DNA of 64,000 nt from Candidatus Borrarchaeum weybense (lineage in GTDB: Archaea > Asgardarchaeota > Sifarchaeia > Borrarchaeales > Borrarchaeaceae). How positions within the stretch are numbered: the stretch's first letter is position 1; each line of letters begins with the position of its first letter. The notes below the pieces were generated by a model. It ran no database searches. It was not told where the DNA came from and saw only the letters and a program-made list of their open reading frames with translations. The position numbers and the translations under genes were made by a program. The stretch is from NCBI GenBank assembly GCA_019057385.1, contig JAHQJS010000004.1, positions 128,001 through 192,000 of the forward strand, in the 5' to 3' direction. Positions 56,619 to 64,000 of the stretch are shown piece by piece.

Positions 56619-57932
56619 GTGGATATTGGTATTTATCCCCCACACGCCAACGTGCTAGCAGCGGTTCAATTGAAGAAATTCAAGGATACTGCAAAATGGC
56701 TAAATGATCATACGCTGTTCTATAAGACCAAATTTAGGAAAGCCGATGTGGATCCTACAGATATCAAGAGTCTTGATGATATCAAAAAACTGCCGTTCAC
56801 TACTAAAGATGAACTGAAAGCTCTTCCTAATAGCGAAATTTGCTGGCATCCTGAACTTACGCTTAGAAAACACACCTCTTCAGGGACAACGGGCATGCCT
56901 ACTGCATCATGTTTTATCGATGTTGACTTGAAGGTAATGGGCACACTTGGGGCCCGTTCGCTCAAGCTTTGCGGATGCGAGGAAGGGATGACACTTCAGG
57001 TCAATTATGGCTATGGCTTCTTTACAGGAGGGTTGATTTTTGATGAGGCGGCACGACGTCTTGGCATGAAAATATTGCCTCAAGGTGCTGCCCCAATCGA
57101 CCAGTGTATTGCTGCTATGCAACGTTTTCAGCCAGAGGTATGGTGCTGTACCCCTACTTACGCCAAACGGGTTTGTTACTATATAGGTGATAATGGGGTC
57201 GATATTTCTTGGCGTATCGGCTCTCACGGGGCTGAAGTATGGACAAACGAAACGAGAAAACTAATTGAAGAGGGTTTAGGACCAGATTATAAGGCATATG
57301 ACGTTTTTGGACTATGTGAAAAAGGAGGACCATTTGTCGGGCATGAGTGTACTGCTCAGGATGGTACTCACATCTGGACAGATGTATTTTACATGGAAAT
57401 ACTAGATGAAAATGGCGAAGATGTTAGTGAAGGCGAAATTGGTGAACTAGTATTATCCCATATCTATACTGGAGGCTACTCGACGATTAGATACCGCACT
57501 GGAGATAAAGTCAAACTTGTCGCAGAAAATGATTGTGTTTGCTTTGCATCTGGCTATCCTCGTATACAAATATTGGGAAGAAAAGTTAAGGACGAATTTA
57601 AAGTTGGTGGAACGTTTTTAATCCGCTCTGATCTCGAAAATGTAGCAGTTAATACAACAAGAAAACTTCACGAACTTTTTGGGGCTGAAGTTGGAGAATT
57701 CAGAGTAGAACTTTCATCTTTAGAAGGAACAACAGATGTACGTTACTGCGTAGAGCTGACTGATCCTGATAATGAAGAACAGAAAAGCGTAGTTAAAAGT
57801 GTTGTCCGTGACATATCACGTCACATGATCAACCGTAGTTTCCCTGTAAAAGTTTGTCCTATGGACACTTATGAAAGGAGCCTAGGAAAAACAAAATTGA
57901 TCGTTGATAAGAGAAATGAAGAAACTCAGTAG
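56619..57932 (+). CDS. Phenylacetate-CoA ligase family protein
   Basis: LPFTTK, TSSGTTG, YGYGFFTGG, FGLCE and RYRTGD. Confidence 0.88.
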   Translation: MDIGIYPPHANVLAAVQLKKFKDTAKWLNDHTLFYKTKFRKADVDPTDIKSLDDIKKLPFTTKDELKALPNSEICWHPELTLRKHTSSGTTGMPTASCFIDVDLKVMGTLGARSLKLCGCEEGMTLQVNYGYGFFTGGLIFDEAARRLGMKILPQGAAPIDQCIAAMQRFQPEVWCCTPTYAKRVCYYIGDNGVDISWRIGSHGAEVWTNETRKLIEEGLGPDYKAYDVFGLCEKGGPFVGHECTAQDGTHIWTDVFYMEILDENGEDVSEGEIGELVLSHIYTGGYSTIRYRTGDKVKLVAENDCVCFASGYPRIQILGRKVKDEFKVGGTFLIRSDLENVAVNTTRKLHELFGAEVGEFRVELSSLEGTTDVRYCVELTDPDNEEQKSVVKSVVRDISRHMINRSFPVKVCPMDTYERSLGKTKLIVDKRNEETQ

Positions 57933-57986
57933 AGTACAAAAATTTTGATAAATAAATCGCTGAAAATGAGGTTAGGCAGTTTTGTC

Positions 57987-58541
57987 CTAATTTGTTTTTT
58001 CTGTAACTTTTTCCGCCATAGCAAAGCCAACTTCAAGCGCCCGTAAGTTTATAGTCTTATACTTTGTTGGCACCACTTCAAGCACAGCTTTCCCTATTGT
58101 ATCCCTCGAAACCACTTCTGTCAGGCCGACTAAGAAGCCGAGCATAATTATGTTAGCGACTACCTTGTTTCCAAGATCTATTGCAGTATTAGTAGCTTGG
58201 ATTCCAATTTTTCTAATTGATTCAGATTTTAGCGTTGCTTCTTTCACTAATCCCTCATCGTAAATGAAAATGCCGTTAATTTCAATATCATCAATATATG
58301 TATCTACTGCTTCTTGGGACATCGCCACAAGAATATTTGGTTTTGTTACGTTCGGAAAGATTATTTCGTGAGGGCTAATTTTTACCTCAGAACTGGCTAA
58401 CCCGCCTCGTGCTGCTGCCCCATAATTTTGAAATAGCGAGGCGAATTGATTCTCGTATAAGGTAGCTGCACGTGCCAAGATAACGCCCGCGGTGATTGTC
58501 CCTTGTCCACCAGATCCTGCAAAGCGTATCGATAGTTCCAT
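57987..58541 (-). CDS. 2-oxoacid:ferredoxin oxidoreductase gamma subunit
   Basis: AGSGGQG, YGAAARGG and NIIMLG. Confidence 0.9.
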   Translation of the reverse strand: MELSIRFAGSGGQGTITAGVILARAATLYENQFASLFQNYGAAARGGLASSEVKISPHEIIFPNVTKPNILVAMSQEAVDTYIDDIEINGIFIYDEGLVKEATLKSESIRKIGIQATNTAIDLGNKVVANIIMLGFLVGLTEVVSRDTIGKAVLEVVPTKYKTINLRALEVGFAMAEKVTEKTN

Positions 58542-58631
58542 CCGAAAAAACTCCCTAAAAACAACTTTACATACGTCAACATATACTTTTTAACCTTATC
58601 GATATTATTGAACTTAATTGGAGGAGCTTCA

Positions 58632-59063
58632 ATGGTTCATATAAAGGACTTCCTTTCAACGAATATAGGCACTCGTGAAATCATGAATAAAAAAAAGTTG
58701 CTTTTATATGGTACATGCATGGCTGAAAAGCATCCCAACATTTTAGAAGAGTATGCTGAAGGAAGAGTAGCTTTAGCGGTTTGTCTAGAGAGAGATCACC
58801 TGAATATGGTAGCTTTCAAGCTTGCAACAATGGTAAAGAGTGCAAACTTAGAGGAGGTTGCGGTCTTAACCGTAGACGGCTCCCCTCATTGTGTTCAATT
58901 ACATCAAACTGTTTCTGAGGTCAATAGGTTATTTGATGACCCTCCGTCTACCCGTTATTTTGTAGTAGAGCATAGTAAAATCCATGAAGTAGATGAAAAA
59001 ACAGTAAAAACCTCTCGATTCCTATCAAAAATCGAGAAGTTATTGAGAAAAGGAAGCAAATAA
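58632..59063 (+). CDS. Conserved Cys-containing ferredoxin-associated protein
   Basis: GTC, VCLE and TVDGSPHC motifs; GGAGG RBS before ATG 58632. Confidence 0.65.
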   Translation: MVHIKDFLSTNIGTREIMNKKKLLLYGTCMAEKHPNILEEYAEGRVALAVCLERDHLNMVAFKLATMVKSANLEEVAVLTVDGSPHCVQLHQTVSEVNRLFDDPPSTRYFVVEHSKIHEVDEKTVKTSRFLSKIEKLLRKGSK

Positions 59064-59133
59064 AAAAAGGTTTATATGAGAGGCAGTTGTGTTTTAATTA
59101 GATACAGATTCTATTATTGCAGAGAACGGAGGC

Positions 59134-59481
59134 TTGCTTATGGGAAAAGTGGAACGGCTCGCTAAAAAACTAAAAAATTATTTAGCAACTGATGAAAATA
59201 TTCTTTATGTTGCAGATACCTCTCCTTTTAAGGATGCAGTATATCCACCACAACTTATCGTAACAACGCAGAGGCTTATTTTTCGTATTCCTAAGGCGAT
59301 CGGTCAACAGCTTGAGGATTACCCCTATGAGTCAATAGTTAATCTCCAGATCGACGAGGGATTAATGTTTTCAAATATCATCATTAAAGCACCGGGTGTC
59401 GAAAGACTTGTCGAAGGACTTTCGAAGAAAGAAGCACAAGAAGTCATGAAATATGCAAGAGAGGCGCAAAAAAGCCAGTAA
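59134..59481 (+). CDS. Bacterial-type PH-domain protein
   Basis: DENILY...IVTTQRLI...YPYESI. Confidence 0.75.
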   Translation: MLMGKVERLAKKLKNYLATDENILYVADTSPFKDAVYPPQLIVTTQRLIFRIPKAIGQQLEDYPYESIVNLQIDEGLMFSNIIIKAPGVERLVEGLSKKEAQEVMKYAREAQKSQ

Positions 59482-59605
59482 TTATGATTGATTACATTAA
59501 AAATAAATCGTTATAACCTTTTGATTTTTTCATTTTAGTACTAAAAATTCGTGAATAGTAGTTTAAATCAGCCTTATAAGCTATGTAACTGTTACTACAA
59601 TTTCT

Positions 59606-60706
59606 TTGAGTGTGAATACAATGGAAGAATGGAAAAGCGAAAATCCCCCTGCACTCACGTTTGATAAATTCATAAGAACGGCTAGATTACTGAGCCCCAT
59701 GAAGGATTTCGAACTAGATGAACAAGAAATAGAATTCCGAAAGCATCCTTTATTAGATTACTGGTGTCGAATAAATTTAGGTAGGAGTCTGCGCGTTAAG
59801 CAAGCACATGCACCTTCAGATTATGATGACACCATTCAAGAAGTAATTAAAAGGACACATGAAAAATGTTTCTTCTGTCCTGAGAATCTAGAAACGACGA
59901 CGCCAAAATTCCCCCCAGAAGTTGCACCTGAAGGACGCTTAAGAAAAGGAAAGTTTGTTCTTCTACCAAATTTATTCCCGTTTGCAGAACATCATGCAGT
60001 CGGAGTTTTATCGGAAGACCATTTTCTTGGGTTAAACGAAATTACAAAAGAACTGCTTGAAGACAGTTTCAAGGTCAGTGTAGCTTATTTTGACCGTATT
60101 TTCAAATTGAATAACGAAATGAAATTCTGTTCAATAAATATGAATTATATGCCACCCGCTGGTGCTTCTATCGTGCACCCACATGTACAGATCACAAGCG
60201 ATATAAAAGGGTCTGGAAAACTGCTTGAAATCCTTTATAAAAGCAAAGAATATCATAAAGCGCATGGTACAAACTACTGGATAGATTTAGTAGGAACTGA
60301 GAAGTGGTTAAAAGAACGATTTATAGGTACAAGCGGAGCAGTTTCATGGTTGACGAATTATGCGCCAATGGGAAAGAATGAAGTAATTGGCATTGTAACG
60401 CGTCCTATATCTCATTTTCGTGCATTTGATGAAACTTTAATTAGCGATTTTTCAGAAGGACTTTCAAAGATCTTTACAGGGCTATGGGAGAAACGACATG
60501 TTCGCAGTCTTAACCTTACAATATATTCTGGTCCTATTGATGTTGATGTAAGCGAATATTTTCGTGTTCATGTAAAACTGATTTCTAGACCAGTTTTAAG
60601 ACCATTTTATACTGGAGATACAGCTTTTATGGAAAACTTCTATGCTGAGCCTATCATTGAAACAGCACCCGAAGATGTAGCAAGTGATTTGCACAGTATT
60701 TGGTGA
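59606..60706 (+). CDS. galT: Galactose-1-phosphate uridylyltransferase family protein
   Basis: CFFCP, PNLFP and GASIVHPHVQ. Confidence 0.85.
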   Translation: MSVNTMEEWKSENPPALTFDKFIRTARLLSPMKDFELDEQEIEFRKHPLLDYWCRINLGRSLRVKQAHAPSDYDDTIQEVIKRTHEKCFFCPENLETTTPKFPPEVAPEGRLRKGKFVLLPNLFPFAEHHAVGVLSEDHFLGLNEITKELLEDSFKVSVAYFDRIFKLNNEMKFCSINMNYMPPAGASIVHPHVQITSDIKGSGKLLEILYKSKEYHKAHGTNYWIDLVGTEKWLKERFIGTSGAVSWLTNYAPMGKNEVIGIVTRPISHFRAFDETLISDFSEGLSKIFTGLWEKRHVRSLNLTIYSGPIDVDVSEYFRVHVKLISRPVLRPFYTGDTAFMENFYAEPIIETAPEDVASDLHSIW

Positions 60707-60709
60707 CGA

Positions 60710-61637
60710 TATGAATCAATCAGTTCTAAAATCTAAGTTTATTGGTGCTTTAATCGGCACTGCCATTGGTGATGCAATAGGTATGCCGTATGAAGGTTTG
60801 ACTCATCAAGAAGTCAATGCAACATGCACTCTACCGCTTGAGATGCAGGACGGAAGGTTACCTAAAGGCAGTTACACTGATGATACGGAATTAGCGATTG
60901 GTATCGCTGAATCACTTATCACAAACAAAGGACTCGTTGATAAAAATCACATACTTCAAAGATTTATTGAGAATTTTGATAGAAAACGAGGTTATGGTTT
61001 TGGAACAATATCAATCCTTCAAAAAAAGGCAAATGCCAAAACACTTTTCGGAACGGGTTCTTATGGAAACGGGGCTGCTATGCGTATAGCACCAATAAGT
61101 CTCGTTTATTATGATACTCCTACAAATCTTTATGAAGCAGTTGCCAAATGTAGCGAAATTACTCACGCGCATGTCTTAGGAATAGAAGGTGCTCAAATTC
61201 AAGCCCACGCAATCGCAATCGCACTTAGATCGATCCAATCGACACATTCACTAGATGCAACTGAATTCGTTAATGAAATAATGGGTATAGCAAAACAAGA
61301 TGTATACAAACAAAAACTTCACAAGATTTTAAATCTTTTAAATGAAAAAGGCGATCACCAGTTAGTTATTGACGAATTAGGTAATGGTGTCGAAGCATTT
61401 AACTCAGTTCCTTCAGCGGTTTACTCATTTCTATCGAATTTGAATAGTTTTGAGGATGCAGTAACATATGCAGTTTGTTTAGGTAAAGACACTGATACTA
61501 TTGCCGCGATGACAGGTGCAATTGCTGGTGCTTATTTAGGCGTTGAGGCGATACCAAGCGAATGGATTGATTGTTTAGAAAACAAGGACTTTATTAAAAA
61601 CCTAGCTGAACGAATATTTCACCTAAAGTCTACTTAA
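60710..61637 (+). CDS. ADP-ribosylglycohydrolase
   Basis: GDAIG, TDDTE, GNGAAMR, ITH and DTDT. Confidence 0.92.
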
Positions 61638-61659
61638 ATACTACAAAAAAGAAATATGA

Positions 61660-61773
61660 AGCCCCGAGTGGGATTTGAACCCACGACCAACAGCTTACGA
61701 GGCTGCCGCTCTACCAACTGAGCTCTCACTTCTCCGATACGCTATACAGAGATACCGAGGCATGTACCGGGGC
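61660..61773 (-). tRNA. tRNA-Thr(CGT) with a 41-nt insert (61724-61764) between positions 9 and 10
   Basis: GCCCCGG-TA | insert | GCTCAGTTGGTAGAGC-G-GCAGC-CTCGTAA-GCTGT-TGGTC-GTGGG-TTCAAAT-CCCAC-TCGGGGC-T. Confidence 0.88.
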
Positions 61774-61873
61774 GTGATATATCTACGCTTCAAGTGAGTG
61801 TATTTTCTATTTTAAAATAAAAAAATTGTCATTGCAAAGAATCTGATGAAAAATAAAATGGAATGAATTTATG

Positions 61874-63109
61874 TTACAGGCAATAGCTGCTGTATATTTT
61901 ATTTTCGTTCATTGTTTGAGGTGCTTTCTTCTTCCTAGGGCGTTTATTATAACTATCTCGTTCGAACCTTAAGCGCTTAATCTTTGGTACTTCTAGTTTT
62001 TCTATAGGCAAATCATGAATCATTATTCTTTGAAATGAATCAAAGTCTCTCTCTGATAATAGCGAAATCGCCTCGCCTTCGGCTCCCGCTCTTGCTGTTC
62101 TTCCAATTCTATTTATATAGTCTTCTGGGTTTTGGGGGATATCATAGTTTACAATATGGCTGACATCGTCAATGTCTAGACCCCTACCCGCGACATCTGT
62201 TGCCACTAACACCTTAAATCTTCCAGCGTGAAAGTCTCTAATCACGCTGTTTCTTCTTGCTTGACTAAGTCCTCCGTGTAATGCTGAAACCTTTCCGGAG
62301 AGACCATTATTCTGTAGATTTTTGGTTATAAGGTCAACTTCACGTCTTGTATTGCAAAATACAATAGCTTTGTCTTTTCCTGTTTTTTTCAGAAGATGAA
62401 CTAGCAATGAAAACTTCTTTCGAAAATCTACTTCAAAATAGCTTTGTTTCAGTAGGGAATCACTCACATGTGTTTCTGTCTGAACGAACTCCAAATTATT
62501 TGAAAATCTGTTAGCTAATTTTAATATATCGTTTGATAACGTTGCGCCAAAAAAGAGCATTTGCTTTTCTTCTGGCAATGCACGAATCGCAGTTTCGACA
62601 TCTTCAATGAAACCCATGTCTAACATTCTATCAATTTCGTCTAAAACGAAGATTTTTATGTTACGTAAGTCTAGCGTTTCTCGCCTTATATGGTCAAGAG
62701 TTCTTCCAGGTGTTCCCACGACGATGTGAGCTTTCCTCAATTTTCTAATCTGGGGATCTAGAGAGACACCGCCATAGATACACGCAATATTTACTCGCAT
62801 AAATCTTGAAAACTTCACAAATTCTTCAGCAATTTGCTGAGCTAATTCTCTAGTTGGTGACAAAACCAAAACCTGAGGTTTGGTAATTCTTTCATCGATT
62901 TTTTCCAGTATTGGAACTGCAAATGCAGCGGTTTTACCAGAGCCAGTCTTTGATTGACCTATCACATCAAAACCCTTTTGAATTAGAGGGATCGTCTCTA
63001 TTTGAATTTCAGTTGGTTCTTCAAGCCCATAGATACTAAGGGCCTCTACAATTTTTTGTTCTATATTTAAATCGCTAAATTTCATAATAACAGCTCTAAT
63101 TATAATCAC
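61874..63109 (-). CDS. DEAD-box RNA helicase
   Basis: Q motif, TGSGKT, PTRELA, DEID and RIGRTAR. Confidence 0.95.
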   Translation of the reverse strand: MIIIRAVIMKFSDLNIEQKIVEALSIYGLEEPTEIQIETIPLIQKGFDVIGQSKTGSGKTAAFAVPILEKIDERITKPQVLVLSPTRELAQQIAEEFVKFSRFMRVNIACIYGGVSLDPQIRKLRKAHIVVGTPGRTLDHIRRETLDLRNIKIFVLDEIDRMLDMGFIEDVETAIRALPEEKQMLFFGATLSNDILKLANRFSNNLEFVQTETHVSDSLLKQSYFEVDFRKKFSLLVHLLKKTGKDKAIVFCNTRREVDLITKNLQNNGLSGKVSALHGGLSQARRNSVIRDFHAGRFKVLVATDVAGRGLDIDDVSHIVNYDIPQNPEDYINRIGRTARAGAEGEAISLLSERDFDSFQRIMIHDLPIEKLEVPKIKRLRFERDSYNKRPRKKKAPQTMNENKIYSSYCL

Positions 63110-63274
63110 ATTTAATTTCGTGATTTTTTATGGTAAGAAAAGCAGTCTTTTAAGAACTCGTTTGTCGGCTCTTTTGATAGCCTTTCTTCAATCTCTGAAA
63201 AGTAGGGTGTTTTTCCTAAAACTTTTCTTGAACATTTAAACCAAAGACGTTCTCTTTTAAAAAACTTTTCTTCA

Positions 63275-64000
63275 CTACAAGATTTTTTTTCCCTTAAAAT
63301 GAAGAATCAAGTCTTGAATTTTTCTTTGGAATAGGAACACGACACTTATAAGAATTCCAATTAGATACAGGAATAAGCCGGTATAAAATTGCTGGATTAC
63401 TGTCGAATCTGAAGCACCATCCCACTGAACTTCTATATTGCCATCTTTATAGTCATTAATACGATATATACTAATATCTGATTGCTTATAAACCTCCACG
63501 AATAAGTTTTTCCAATCATTGAATTTTTCTAATCCTTTTGTTGAATAAACCGCGTTTTCCATTCTACCAACATAGGCATATCCGATATCGTATTTTTGAA
63601 TGATTTCCTTAATTTGATTTTGATCTAAACTTGTATAAAATGCATCAACATCATTTATTCGGTCATTGACATCCATCTTATACTGGGACATGAACCTTGG
63701 ATTTGCAAAAACAATTTGTCTATCAGCGAAAACAGCGATTTCATAGAAATCATAATTACAAATGAATATTGCATCGTCTTCGGTATTTTCTTGTATCCAT
63801 TGCATCGCATTGATTTCATCACGCGACACATAGAAATCTGGAGTGGAATAGTAAATAGACATTATTACGGATAAAACCGAACTCAAAGCGAGCAATGATA
63901 TAATAGTAATCCCTATCGTACTTTTTGTGATGCGTGGAAAAGAATCAAATCGCGTTAGGCGTATCTGAATTTCCTGTATAAAAACAACAAATCCCTTGCC
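63275..64000 (-). CDS. Membrane protein, C-terminal part (5' truncated by window edge)
   Basis: AMQWIQENT...DAI and YDIGYAYVG..E domain typical of glycosyltransferase-like membrane proteins. Confidence 0.6.
   Translation of the reverse strand, partial: GKGFVVFIQEIQIRLTRFDSFPRITKSTIGITIISLLALSSVLSVIMSIYYSTPDFYVSRDEINAMQWIQENTEDDAIFICNYDFYEIAVFADRQIVFANPRFMSQYKMDVNDRINDVDAFYTSLDQNQIKEIIQKYDIGYAYVGRMENAVYSTKGLEKFNDWKNLFVEVYKQSDISIYRINDYKDGNIEVQWDGASDSTVIQQFYTGLFLYLIGILISVVFLFQRKIQDLILHFKGKKIL

Overview
Asgard-archaeal chromosomal window, judged from ESCRT genes (partial Vps28, Vps22/36, Vps25, Vps4), a Sec23/24-like Zn-finger/vWA gene and a eukaryote-like SECIS. The centre (about 14.6-35 kb) is a CRISPR-Cas locus. 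It has a 49-repeat array transcribed on the minus strand. On the trailer side is an operon of herA and a wHTH-fused NurA-like gene lacking catalytic residues. On the leader side are DUF2797-like, cas1, cas2 and cas4, then a type I-B effector block (cas8b, cas7, cas5, cas3) and a convergent cas6. The two flanking promoters share one palindrome at the same distance from the TATA box. Four satellite clusters of variant repeats lie outside the array; one sits directly upstream of an ORF-less HEARO/omegaRNA element. Flanking genes cover aspartate-family and archaeal aromatic amino-acid synthesis, and both aspartate-kinase operons are preceded by candidate amino-acid-sensing leader peptides. Missed by the ORF track: a UGA-containing selenoprotein candidate with a 3' SECIS, an RLI-type Fe-S N-terminal extension (CTG start) on a reductive dehalogenase, and a tRNA-Thr(CGT) with a 41-nt insert at position 9/10. 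All family calls come from reading motifs by eye; no database search was run.
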